A stretch of DNA of 59,772 nt, counting the filler, from Platydemus manokwari (taxonomy: Eukaryota): NCBI GenBank assembly GCA_037951405.1. It is 5 parts of 5 records of this genome, joined end to end, with 100 filler letters (N's around TTAATTAATTAA, not from the genome) between each part and the next. Parts side by side here need not be neighbours in the genome. Positions count along the whole stretch, not along the records: positions 17,508 to 28,643 come from JBBMOY010886643.1; positions 28,744 to 40,837 come from JBBMOY010304447.1; positions 40,938 to 49,978 come from JBBMOY011309206.1; 2 more parts are not named here. The stretch is one strand, 5' to 3'. Position numbers and translations under genes: made by a program. Shown here piece after piece: positions 28,078 to 41,591 of the stretch (position 1 is its first letter; every line of letters begins with the position of its first letter). Below the pieces are notes generated by a model that was given only the letters and a program-made list of their open reading frames with translations, made no database searches and was not told where the DNA came from.

Positions 28078-28460
28078 ATCTAATGAAAAATACATAAATC
28101 GATCTTTTCATGAATAAATCAATTACAATACGCGAGCCATGGCAAATATCCAACCAATGGCAATCCACTTGGTCCTGGTGGAAGGTTTTTCGGTTTCACC
28201 AAGTACCAATAAATAATTATAAGAATTAGACCAACAAATATCAGCTGAAACATTTTAATGGAATAACCAAAACAATCTCTTGATGCTTTATAGATGCTTA
28301 ATACGATCATCAGTCGAAATCAGTGAACCGTGAAAATCACTGTTTTATTACATTCTACTCATTTTTCGTCAAAACTATTTATATAATCATGTTTTATACA
28401 TGCTAAGTGTTTGAAGCATTTATTTACAGTAGTTAAAAACTTTCGTGAAAATGTAAAATG
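28078..28460 (-). pseudogene. Duplicated promoter, exon 1 and intron 1 of the CYP gene (orphan or alternative first exon)
   Basis: Highly similar to 22081-22480. Intact exon 28253-28127 (MFQLIFVGLILIIIYWYLVKPKNLPPGPSGLPLVGYLPWLAY) with the same 127-nt length and GTAATT donor. Homology stops 2 nt past the intron-1 acceptor. Confidence 0.88.
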
Positions 28461-28643
28461 GTTTGATAATATTCTGTTGAAATCAGAACTTCTCTTTTCA
28501 TACGGTTGATATTTATTGATAAATCAGAATGAAAATTTAGGTTTAAGCAAAGCTTTGGACAGTTACAATAGTTAGATAAAAAATGAGATTTGTTTAAATA
28601 TTAGAAAAAACAAACGGTGTAATTTTGAAAGATAATAAAATAT

Positions 28644-28743
28644 NNNNNNNNNNNNNNNNNNNNNNNNNNNNNNNNNNNNNNNNNNNNTTAATTAATTAAN
28701 NNNNNNNNNNNNNNNNNNNNNNNNNNNNNNNNNNNNNNNNNNN
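28644..28743. other. Assembly gap spacer (N44-TTAATTAATTAA-N44)
   Basis: Same artificial linker. Confidence 0.97.
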
Positions 28744-31700
28744 ATATACATATATATATATGTACGTGTGTGTGCATTTTTCGATAATTATGATTTCTAT
28801 AAATTTTACAAAGTATAAATCAATACCTTGTGCTACGTGTAGAGGAATCTTACCAAAAATATACGGTAGTTTGGATATTTTGAATATACCAATCACATGT
28901 ACGAATATATACATACAGTAACACCTAATGACCAGTCAGAACTACGTTAAGACAAAAATTTCATATCTTTGAAACTCATACTCATAAAAATGGATCGACA
29001 TCCTCTGAAAACAAGGATGACGAATGAGCATCAATGACTTAAAAACATGCAAACCTAAGGGCATTAAGTCAGAACATAAAATAACTCGTTGGCAGTTTGA
29101 AATTAGGGACGATATCGATTTCTTGTTTTTGACATGGAACAGTGTTTGATTACTCCTCCTTAGTACAAAGTAATTTATACGACTCCCACGACTTATATTG
29201 CCCAAAAACGATTTTAATTAGAAATTAGAGATTCCTTAGTGAATGAAACAAATTCCCCATCAAAGTTAAACTAATATATGTTTAGAAAAGTTTTTGAGAA
29301 TGCCAAAAGCTCTATAACCATTATTATTATTGCGGAACCTATTTTTAGATTTGTATTTGATAATATACGCACAGTGTCAGAAAGAAATCAAGATTTTATT
29401 GGATAAACCCTCGAGACTATGCACACATAAATCAGCATCCAGGCTTCAATTTATGCCTAAAAAATTCCAGCGCAATACCAGATCAAAGTAGATAAAAACT
29501 CGTCAGTGATGAAATTTAAAATCCCGTTTTGCGTGCGAAGAAGCAATTCCAATGGTAAACCAAAGGTTGCTTTTCGATAAGAGCATCATTCTATTCTTTA
29601 AAATAAGACCTCTTCGATAAATCTGCAATTTTAATCATAAAATCAATGATAGCTTTCAAAACTATCCCAGAAATGAAAATTGATTTTGTAAATCAAATGG
29701 AAAACATTTTATCTATTTAAGAATGATCGATATTATATTTTATAAATCAAGGAAAAGTTTGGATAAGTTAGGCATGGAAATTTCTATATCCAACTGAAAG
29801 GGTTTCCAAATCATGAGGAGGGGTTATCATTCCGTCTTTGCCACTGTAAGCATCCCCTTTTCTTTAAAATCTGCATAAAAATCTCCAATTCTTCTATCTT
29901 CGTTATATCTTCTTTTATTTCATTTATATTTTCTCTACATCATCTTCTTATATCTTTCTTTTATATCTTTTTAATGTTTTCTTCATATATTCTCTATACA
30001 TTCTGAATATCGTCCTCTTTCTCTTCAATAAGTTACAGCCATCGATCTTCTCAGAATCGAATCCAGATGCGTGTTCATCATGTATAAAACACACATCGAA
30101 AACAAATTGAAGTTTGTGACGTCAAATTATGTATTCAAATTAATATAAAATCTGAATTAAATCTTTAAAAATTTTAATTTATTTAAAGATTCTCACAGCC
30201 ACTAAGTGCCGAATTCAAAATCATTGAATCAATCTCTACATAATGACTTCTTCAAACAATCTTTGATAATCATATCCAACAAAGATTTTTACTGGAATAT
30301 ATTTTTCAAAAGATAAATTTCCTTCATTAAAGTCATGACACATCTTATTCCAATAAATATCTTTGTATAATCAAGACAAGATCATTGATTAACGATTCAT
30401 TGAAAGATTCACAAAGGAAAATGAGCCAATTTTATCGACTATTTTTGATTGATAAATTTATACTCCTTCAAGGGCGTATGGACTTCATACGACGAAAAAA
30501 ATTCTCTAGATTTTTATTTTCAGATAATTTTTATTGATTTTGTCGATACCTATTGATAGCTATTTCTGTAAACGTTCTCATAATTGTTTGGTAGAAATGG
30601 GGAAATAATATTTCTAGCACTTTCTACAGCGTTATTATTATGACGAGAATTAATCATACTAAACTGACACATTTAATGAATTCACCTTGGATAAGTAATT
30701 TCCTTGAGATGTTAGACAGAAATTTGATGTTGATGCTATTATTGAGTTATAAAGAGCTGTAGATCAATTGTGTTCGAAACAAAAGTAACAACTTCGAATA
30801 TAAAACTATCATCAAGCTTATATTTATTTTTCTGGAATATTTGATTTTAAAAGAAACAGGAAACGTTGAAGAAGTTTTAATATTTTCCACTACAACCAAG
30901 AAAACACAATTTCCTGAGCAAATATTAGATTAATTTGAAATCCGCTCTAACTTTTATAAGTAACGAGGGTAGAAATTCGGGAACATTATGAGGTTTCTTC
31001 ATAACCGATACTAAAAATCGATCATAATTGAAAGACATTAAATTCATTTTCAGGAATATCATTTCTGAAACCATCAAGTCCTTTGATTTAAAATTTTAGT
31101 AATTTTCATTCTTTATTAAGCTAAATCTCGAAATCGTTAATCAATATTTTTCAAGTTTAACATTTTGAATCGGGACGTTAAGATTTTAGAATTTCGGTGC
31201 GTCAATAAACGAGTATTTGATAATTCATCTGATAAAAATGCTTTGATGAGAAAAGCTCGAAATAATCCGTAGAATTAAGCTTAATGTTTAAAAATAAATC
31301 AGCAAATATCGAATTAAAAAAATTGTTTTTGAGATAAGCTTATTATTCGACAATAATGCAGAATGTGCCAGAAATCGCCTTAAGATCTATAAATAAGCCC
31401 TACGATGGTATACACGCTGTCAGATAAAACACACTATCCATAACCAATCATGGGCCTTCGAATTAATAATAATTTATTGGATTGAGGTCTTCATTTGGTG
31501 CATATCCACGAAAAGCAATAATCATAAAAAGCACAAATGACATGAGAAATAGAAAGATATTTACTATTAAGCAAGTCTTCGAACGATTCTATTTTAATGA
31601 AAAGCAGAACTCGAGACAACAAATAGACACACATAATGCAGACTAGAAAAATAATCAACTCTCGAGAACTATTGACAGTCTTGTATTGTCGACATTTTTT

Positions 31701-32699
31701 CTGATTATCTTTTAAGTAATTACCTTTTACTGTGCTGTGATATATTGATATTATGAAATCGATAATGGAATTCTATTGATTTTCTGTAATTTATTTGTCA
31801 ATCAATTGGACATATAAATATTATTTTATTGAAAATTTTATTTAAAATGAAAAAGTAATTTTAATGTTAAAAATAATTTTTAAAATTTTATTAAATTATT
31901 TAATGAAATCAATTATTCGTGTCTTTTATATTTCTAGCATGAGTATTCTCTTACAACTGAGTTCAAAATTATTATTTTATGAGGCAGATGATGAAAAATG
32001 TATTGTTTACAAAAAAAGAGCAATTCTCAAAAACCAGTTATCGAATGAGTCAGAATCGAAAAGAAAAATTGTTAAACTGTAATGAGTCCAAATATGATTG
32101 CGCTAGGGCACAAGGTTGTAAATAATCTGAATAAGGCAATCTTGACCATTTATAAAAGTAAACTGATCATTGAAAATGGCGTTAAGGAAGTCAACCCACA
32201 AAAGTATATTTAACCAAATTTTTAAACCAAATGATTTCAAAAATTTTTTCGTATGATTTATTTAAAAAATTGAAAAATTCATTCATTTCTTTTCTTCAAA
32301 ATGTTTGATTTTCTTCACATTTCTTATAATGAAATTCTCAATTTTTTCTTGAATGTGTTGATTATGGATTTTATTTATGAATTTACTTCAATTATTTGTT
32401 TTATTTAGCTAAAGCTCTAAAATTCTCAACTCAACTTGGTGATATTTTAATTGAAGTTTTCGGTTGGTTGAAGATATGACTGGCTAACTAAAAATGTTAT
32501 AAAATAATTGGTTCAAGTTCGACGAGCTTTTTTCAAAGTGAATCCAAAGTCAAGAAGAAAGCCCGAATAATAAAAATAGTAACTCACATCATTAATAAAG
32601 ATGAAAATGCAAAGAATAGTAACAAACGTCACTAGAAAAATAGATTGTAGCCAAAAACTATGTAACGAATTATTTGATACTAAATTTAGAAACCGAACA

Positions 32700-33130
32700 T
32701 GATCAACACATGGAGACATGTGACCATAGCAGGCAGAATAAACACCAGATTTAGAATTTTCACTTTTCCAGATTTACCAGATTATCATATATTTTCATTA
32801 TTTTGTCAATTTTACGAAAACAAATCGATTATTAGAAAATTTTAAGTTATTTATTAGAACCATTTTTACGAAGATTATCATTTGTTGACCAAACATTGTT
32901 CCAGATATTAAGACTTGCTTTGGTTCAATTACCCATATATTGATTTATAATAGTAATGATACGTTAATTTTTTATACGGTTAATCCCAAAAAGTTTTGCT
33001 AAATCGCTAAGACTCCACTCTAAAACCAAACCACTTATTTTTTTAAACTGGCTTTTCATACCTAGTTGTAAGCAGCATTGGAATGATTGCCGGTAGAATC
33101 TATTACTGAAACACTGGTGTTATAAACTCC
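32700..33130 (-). mobile_element. Possible hAT (ZMYM1/PRKRIR-like) transposase remnant
   Basis: Weak, ordered motifs SVIDST, YDN..N, and GVYSACYGHM, the last resembling the hAT CxxH motif (YxHCYGH). Heavily decayed. Confidence 0.3.
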
Positions 33131-36100
33131 TTCTACGTACAAATATTTAGTTATCAGCTAATATATTTACTTAGTATTATTATTTTTATATTTTCAAGTT
33201 TTATTATCTTATATTTGATTCCAGGAGAATAATTAATATTTCTACTTATAGCTACAACTTTATTTCTGAGAAGAAATCGGATATCACAGCTTCGGTTTGA
33301 TAAATCCCATCATCAACAGGTATTATGGTAAAAGAAGTTTTATTCTGATCATATTGTGAAAAATTGTGATGATAATAAATTTAAAAATCGCTATTGTGAT
33401 TAGACTTTATATTGCAGGCAGCAATATTTGCCCATTGCTGGGAAATCGATAAAAGAGCGAATACGTATAAAACATTAACAAATGAAGTGGAAAAATAAAT
33501 AACCGAGAACAGGTGAATGAATTAAATTTAAATCATTAATATAACATACTGTAAAATAAAAGATTAAATCCGATGAAATACAAGGAAGGACAAGTAAAGA
33601 AATTAAAAATTGTTTACTAGATCACCAGGCGCATAGTAACAAGATCAATGAAATGTGACGAGCAAACCTTGTAATAAAACAAATGATCTGTAGCAAACAA
33701 ATTATAAAGTAGCTTATTAAAATACAAAGATAATACCGATCTCATTTAAACAAAAAAAAATCATGTACAATAAATTAATTGTTTAAGTTGACGGTTACAT
33801 TCCTCTTGTTCAGTATGGTCAGTAATCTAATCAGAGCAAAGAATAGATCAATTAATCTTGATTCTATAATCGTATCAAATATTCATGGAACGAAGGATTA
33901 ATTTTATCGAATTCTCGGACTTCGTACAATTCAATATAATTTTAACATCGACTGTAAATAAATTTTAAAAAATTTCAAAAAATTCCTTAAAAATTTCAAA
34001 ATAAATCCCGAAGAATTAAGAGCCACGTGACAGTCATTTACGCTAATCAAACCTCATCAGCAGTTGTTGATTTTTTCTTTCGGATAAATTTCTTTCGATT
34101 CTATTGACGATCTGTTGAAAAAAAAAGAGGCTGGACAATGTTATTGTTTTGAATTGATCGTCTTAATTTTCTTTGTTATGTGATGTTTCGTTTTCGAACT
34201 ATATACTTGCCAAAGTCTGTGACTTTTTGTATGGAGTGGATCTGTTTTGTAGTGATATTATCGATTAAAAACCTGTAAAACAAATATATAAATTGTGGAG
34301 AAAATAATAGACAATATATTCTGACACATAATCCACTGATCGGTGATCGAAAAACACAAAGGTTTGTTATTGCTGTTTATATCGTAAAATAATGTATATA
34401 GAGGAGCAGGTTTTATTGTAACGTGGTGTTATGGACCTTTATGTTTTTTCTAATTTATAAGATCATCTTGTCATTCAATCAATCAATTCTTCTTTAGTAG
34501 TAATTCAATTTTAATGAATACAATAATCACTCTTATTATCTACCATACTGGGTATAAGGAAGAAAATGCGGTATTGCACGCATTTTCAAAGCCCCCAAGA
34601 AAACCAGATGCTCGCAGATCACATTTTCTGGTCATTAATAAATCCAAAAAATTAATTTATTTAATTGAGCATATTCTTTTGATTGGAGCTTTATAGAACG
34701 AATATGAAAAACGAATCGAGCTTCAACAAAAAACAATTCAATGTTCTCTAATGGAATCCAGTTTGTATCTCTCTTTGATTGCTTTTAGAAAACCATAATT
34801 TGAACTTCATTACTTCATCAAATGACAGATCAGATTATCGAGTTTTGAAAGCACAAAATAATTTAAAAGGGCTATAAAAATGTATTTGCTAATATAAAGA
34901 AAAGAGTTGCATTATTAATTCTGGATAAAACTTTATCGAATCATATACCAGTGCCAAAGAAGATAATCGATAAAAAAAAGTCTCGAAGAATGATTTTCTT
35001 TTGGATATTTTCTCCTTTAATCGAGAATTGGCTCTGATACTTTGATTCGAGCCAGATGATTTGAGTAAAACAATCCCAGCAGATGTTTAATTATTGGCTT
35101 TTATCTACTATCGGCAATCTGTATTGATTGAACTCAAAAGGATATCAATGGCTAATAGATAATATTCATCTTAACCGTCAGGGAAAAATTCATTCTTTCA
35201 CCCGTATTTCCAAAAATTGAAACAAATAATTTACAAAGAAAATCAAATATCGAATTTCATATATTCGATATTTATCGTGAAGAAGAAAAAATCAATATTC
35301 GTTACATTTTTTAGCGTGTTTTAATTCATATTTTTAATAAAACCGATTAATATCATAATTTATGACGGAATGCACAATCTAGCATTTGTCGTGTTCGTCA
35401 ATTTCTCAAACGAAGGCCAATGATCAATTCATACGTAATAATATTCGATAAAATCGACATTGTGACAAAATATTTTATTGAACGTTTCAAAGTCCTTCAG
35501 GAACATTTTGTTCATCAAATACTGATAAAGTACAGCTTATCGAAATTATTAACAGATATGAATTTGAAAATAATTTTATGAAATTACCTTTGTTTCGTTT
35601 ATTGAAATTCGATATGGTATATTTATAAAGAATTTGTCCTCAACTAATAATCACATTGATCTATATTTATGCTTAGAAAGTTAAAGTTTAGTCTAAAATC
35701 CAATAACAATCCATTTTAAATGAACACTTTTATCGTTACAGCTGCGATACTTATTTGATTGGAGCAAAATTGTTGTCTTGATTTAATATTATCATCATTA
35801 AGTGAAATATTAATAAATTTTAAATATCAAGGTGAAAACCCATAAATTCTATTGTGATGTTTCTCTCTAATTTATTTTTCACCAAGGATTCTCAGAACCC
35901 AGGAGCCGTCGAGAGTGGAATGGCAGGTCGTCGAGCCATTTGTACTTAACACGTATATAGTTAGATAAAATAATAAAATAGAGACTGCACCCTCAACAGA
36001 TTTTCAGCACGACACTATTCTTTAAGCTTTTATTTCACATAAGCATTTTCATTCAGATGTCATAAATCAATAACAATTGATGACTATAGTCCGTCTAGAA

Positions 36101-37993
36101 AAGGCATTGACAGTCGTGACAGGTTAAGTATGCATACCTGCCCAGTCATACAGACCAGACAATATACCTTAAATACACATGGATTGGCCAATCCAAAACA
36201 AGACAAATTACGGGACATCGAACTATAGTTTGCCATACAAAACACATGCAAACTCTGAGTATAAATGATGACCTAAAGGTAGCCTATTACCAATCGAGTA
36301 CTACTATATTTGAGTAAATAAATGTTACATCAGCACTAACCCAGCACTTATATAATTGTGATGATGAATTGGAAAATTCATGACTAAGCCGTGTATATTC
36401 CAAAATCTGTAAATTAATAATTCAACAATAATAAAATATTAAAAAAAAAATAGTTAGCATGAAACGAAGATATTTCATGAGAAGAAAATAAAATGATTAA
36501 ATTTGCTGATATGCATTGAAGTTTGTAAAGCCGAGGAGAAGAAACAAAAATTTGAAATTCACTGATTAGAGCATTGCGCTTTGTGATGAATAAATATTGA
36601 ATTGGTATTACAATGAGTGATTTAATTGAACCAAATAATATGAGCAAAACAATACACGCTGAAAAGAATGTTATTGTCATTATAATAATAGAAAAATGAT
36701 TAAATATTCAGCAATCAACAAATGATTCGTATTTGAAATCAAATGATGATGATAGGTTGTTGGTAAATGATTTGAATGGAGGTTGGAAATAGAAATTCGT
36801 TTCCATCACTACCATAATTTATTATTATTAATAATATTAAGAAAAAGAATAACACTAATAATAATAATTAATATAATAATTATAATCATTATTATTAAAT
36901 TAATAAGAAATTGTTCGTATTTTTAGCATTAATGATTTTCACCGGTGATATTTTTCACGTTTTTTTCATATTCTATATGTTTTGAAACTTATTTTCGAAA
37001 TACCACTACCGACTATTAGCTGAACACAAAGAGTAGCTCATTAATTTCTGAAGGATTTTGAAATTTCCGTTCATAATCGTGCCAACTTATAGCAGAGACA
37101 ATTTTTTCAATGAATAATCAGCCCAATATTATGATAACAATAAACCCATAATTTACTATTCATCGATTTTCATCCCATTTTCCTATTATTTTTCATCAAT
37201 ACTAACAGTTGCAATCCGTGATGTCGAAATATTATCATTCAACTAACACTGTGTAAGAATTCGCTTTGGTTTTCACATTTCAACAAAGTATATCAAGCGT
37301 AAAATAAATTTTTAGATTGTCATTATGAACGTTAAAAATGACGTCATCAAATATTGTCTAGTATCAGTTGGTCATATATTAGACAGTTTTACAGAGAACT
37401 ATTGATATGAAGATTAAATTGATATAACAATGTATGCAAGAATAAACCAATGAAATTGTGAAAAACAATAATCGAAACGAAAGGTGAAATTTTCACATTC
37501 TGAAAGAATATTAACAGCACTGATATTGCCACTATCGATGCTTGCAACACCAACACATCGTTGTCATTGTCAATTTGTTAATGCACGTGTGTGTGTGTGT
37601 CTACAACCAATATTAACTGATCGGTAACAGTGACGTATACAGATAAACCAATAATATGCAATCATACAAATCAATGTTGAACAAAAGCAATGCCAATCTT
37701 ACTAAATGTTTATTCGTATTTCAAAGGATTTTAGCACATATCAATCAATAATTATCAACAAAATTCGAATAAAAACCAAATAAAATCAAGTCAAATATCA
37801 ACATGTATATATTTGGTGAGGTATTATCACAATTGTTGAATGATGACGACTGATAGCGCCTGATGCAAGTACAAATGTGATGCATATATGCAGTAGCTAT
37901 ATAATATATTTATATTTATATATCAGCTTTATCACACACATACACACGCGCACACGATATCACATTGATCAATGATATTTATGACGAGACACA

Positions 37994-40399
37994 CTAATAG
38001 GTCTCCTCGACGGTGGAGGATTGAGTTGTGAGCTCGGTACTGTTTTCAGTTATGAGTAAACACGGGGCTGATTCTTGATGGAGCAGTGATATGGGCTGGA
38101 CTGCGATCTTGTTGTTGTTGGGTACGTTGTTATTCATCACAGCCAATGGGGCTTTGGTTGGACAACAAGACTGTTTGGCGAGGCAGGCCACATTGCCACT
38201 GCCTTTCATTTCGTTCTCGCAATACAGGACACACGTGTTCGGTTCGGAATTGTTGCTATTCGAGTCGTCAGCGTGCTACAATCAAATGAATCGGGAAGCA
38301 ATCAATGGCAATCAATTTACCTCGGCAAATTCTGCTTGGATAGTCGTGCAATGGATTTTGAAGTCATGGAAGAGATTCTTAACTTTCTTGGAGGCTGCAA
38401 CGTAGTTTTCTGTCGATTAAAAAACGATTTGCTAAGAGAACCAAAGCGAAATAAACGAAAAACAAAACCATTTGAGCATCGGATATGGACGGTACCAATG
38501 ATGACGTCACTCTGTAACAACCAGACGTGCAAATCGTGAACCTTTTCGATTCCTTCGATTAGTTCCATTCGTTCTTTCAATTCTTGAATCGACACGTCTT
38601 TCGGGACCGATTGCAATAAAATCAGAGCCGATTTCTTCACTTAATAAAAAAAATTAGACTTTCCAACAAAATTTCAATTAATAAAACGTACAAAGAGGAA
38701 CTGTAGATATCAGTATGAGTACAACCATCAAAACACTGAAATAGAGGTATTAGATCCGGCATAATAAATTAATTATATAAATAATCAAATTATTAAAATC
38801 AATACATAAACAATAATAATGTGAAACACAAAAAAAGTAAACCAATTACACTAGATTACAGACAAAGCTAAGCGACCTAGAACATTCTCCATGGTAACAA
38901 ATAATATTCAAAATGACCTACAAAAACCCAAACCAATCAATAGTTAATGGTGATTAAGTTGGTTGGCAAATTAAAACATGAAGAAATTCGTAATTGCTAG
39001 AAAATCTCAACCAACATGACCGAAATATTAAAAACAGTTGCTCGATCAAAAGTTGTCACAGTAATAATTCTTGGCACAAGTGATAATTCTGCAAGTACTC
39101 GAAAAATCGTTCAATAGTTCAAATATAATCCATATTAGTGATCATCAAAAATCATGTAATTACTCGTTGCGAACCTTGATCAAACTGATAACGTAATTTG
39201 TTCATTGTCAATGTTTGGTGCTTTATGAGAGTAATTCGAATTTATGGACAAATGTCTATTGGCATCTTTAATATAAATCGGTTAGGGAGGGAATGAATCC
39301 CGATTATATTATACACTGGTCAATCCCCTTATAATCGATAATCCATGGTTTTCAGTGATTACGTAACAAGGGTTGAAGTGAGTGGAAAACCGATACTTTA
39401 TGCGTAACTCGAAATCAAGAATCAGATTACCGCGCCAGATTGATGACGTAACAAGGACATTAAGTTGGATTTGATGGTATTTCATGCAACCAAACATCTT
39501 ATTCAATGAGATAATCCAAGTATTATATCAAGGACATCAGTTAATAGATTTAATGGGTAATAGAAAGTATTTGATAAATAAATTCGTTAATTAAAAATGT
39601 TCTGAGAAATTACCTAATCAAAGGATCGATCATCATTTTCCACATATCTGGTTTGTCTTTGTGGTACAAATTTGGAACATAGCATAAAATTAAAGCACTA
39701 ATAACAACGGCAACAGAACCGAAAAAATCCGCTAAAACGTGCAGAAAAACTGCCTTCATATTCATATGAGATGATTCTTTGCTACGATTATGTACATGAT
39801 TAGCTGTATTTTCATCATCTTTAATTATGATTTTAACATCACCGTCAACAGTTGTTTGAATTGCTCCATCATTAACTTCTTCTTCATTCACTTCATCACC
39901 CTTGTTTAATATTGAAATGATAAATTTTAAACACGATGTACACCAATACCTTTAATAGACTAGTCGTCTCGACACCATGGGAGTGACCATGATGATTTCT
40001 GAGTATTATTAAACCCAATATGTTAACTACTAATCCACCAACTCCGACCCACAACAGAATACTTGGTCGATCTATTGCTTCCGGTTCAATAAACCGTTGT
40101 ATAGATTTAATTAAAATTGTAAAACTAAGAGTTGTTAGCATGACAGTATTAACCAAAGTTCCAACAACTTCAGCTCTTTGCCAACCAAATGTATTTTTCG
40201 ATGATTTAGGCCATTTACTAATCCTTCTAGCAGCAATACCAATAATCAATGCTAGAAAATCTGATAACATGTGAAAAGCGTCTGCAGTGAGTGTTATGCT
40301 TTTCAACATATGGCCCACAATTAATTCCACTAAAAAATACATAATGACCAATCCTATCATGATTCCCATCTTCAATGTATGGCTATGTAAGTGAACCAT
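37994..40399 (-). CDS. SLC30A1: Zinc transporter ZnT1 (SLC30A1-like, CDF family), complete, 6 coding exons
   Basis: Exons (minus): 40399-39950, 39900-39614, 38735-38692, 38639-38469, 38409-38321, 38275-37994 (TAG). GT-AG introns of 45-59 nt plus one of 878 nt. Motifs: ADAFHMLSD, TFGWQRAEVVG, HHGHSHG, NMKAVFLHVLADFFGS, LLQSVP, HDLHVW, IHCTTIQAE, and a Cys-rich tail CVLYC..C..QSCC typical of ZnT1. TM2 His (not Asn) fits zinc rather than ZnT10/manganese specificity. Confidence 0.95.
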
Positions 40400-40837
40400 C
40401 TAAAATTTAAAAAAATACTCAATTTTGCAGTTATTTGATAACAACAAATCTTAAAAAATTTTCACAATTAAAAATATTACTTTTTTGAATTAAATTATTT
40501 TTAATCGCAAATATTAAACTGTTGATAATATTGAAACAAAAAAGTAAATATATTTTTTCATATTTTTTTCATTTTTTCAAATGGAATATTTTTAATAACT
40601 TAACTAAATTAATTATTTAATTATCATTTTATGTAGATAAACTTAATTAAAAAAAATAATATAATGCTTTTTAAAAAAATGTAAAAGTAACAAACAGTTG
40701 AAATATTCATTGTTGAAATATTTTAAAAAAATTTTCAGTGACTAAATTTTATACGAGAATTAATTTTAAATATCGAAACTACTTTTCAAGTTTATCATTT
40801 TCAAATAATTTTTGAAAAAAATATCATAAAAAAGTAT

Positions 40838-40937
40838 NNNNNNNNNNNNNNNNNNNNNNNNNNNNNNNNNNNNNNNNNNNNTTAATTAATTAANNNNNNN
40901 NNNNNNNNNNNNNNNNNNNNNNNNNNNNNNNNNNNNN
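40838..40937. other. Assembly gap spacer (N44-TTAATTAATTAA-N44)
   Basis: Same artificial linker. Confidence 0.97.
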
Positions 40938-40970
40938 TTATTATTATTGTTATTATTATTATTATTATTA

Positions 40971-41010
<40 letters not shown>
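40938..41010. repeat. (ATT)n microsatellite, intronic, at the contig end
   Basis: Near-perfect TTA/TTG triplet run abutting the gap. A second tract lies at ~41553-41600. Confidence 0.92.
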
Positions 41011-41012
<2 letters not shown>

Positions 41013-41021
41013 CATTCTTAC

Positions 41022-41552
41022 TTTATCAGCACATTGAACAAATTCATTCAATTGAACTCGAATCACATTCATATTTTTAGAATTATTCTGTATCGATTGC
41101 CAATGATCCGTTAATTGATTGATTCGATCATCATTCATTTTCAGTTGAGTTTGACAAAACCTCACAATATTATCCTTGTGTCCATTGTATTCCTCTTCTG
41201 GCATAGATGATAACTGAAATTGATTAAAAACATATTTTTATATTTTCCAATACAAAAATAATTTCCCAATTTTCTAACCTTTTCAACAATTTGTATTAAA
41301 ATATCTTGTTGATTACTGATTTCATTTCTGATATGATTCATATTGTATTCCAATTCTTCAATTTGATTCGTGGTCAACTTTTCCAAATCCAAATCAAGCA
41401 GTTTGTCCAGAAATAATTGCAATTGAATCTCATCTTCTTTGACTTGTTTGAGCACTAATTGCATTTCTTGGAATAAATCGATTCTCCTTCTAACAATGTA
41501 CTGGCAATGGCTCCATTCTGATTGTAACTGCACTATTTTTTCCTGATAATAA

Positions 41553-41591
<39 letters not shown>

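Noticed and set aside
28960-29600. Possible Sola-like transposase relic (FDMEQCLITP)
   Set aside because: One weak motif and no termini; not enough to call.
29740-30120. Possible piggyBac N-terminal acidic region (SGKDG), minus strand
   Set aside because: Low-complexity and full of stops, with no catalytic motifs or TIR.
34550-35150. Possible LINE 3' remnant on the minus strand
   Set aside because: Motifs are too degraded to support a call.
38086-38539. Plus-strand ORFs of 67-104 aa, one with a signal-peptide-like start
   Set aside because: Antisense shadows of the GC-richer ZnT1 exons, with no independent support.
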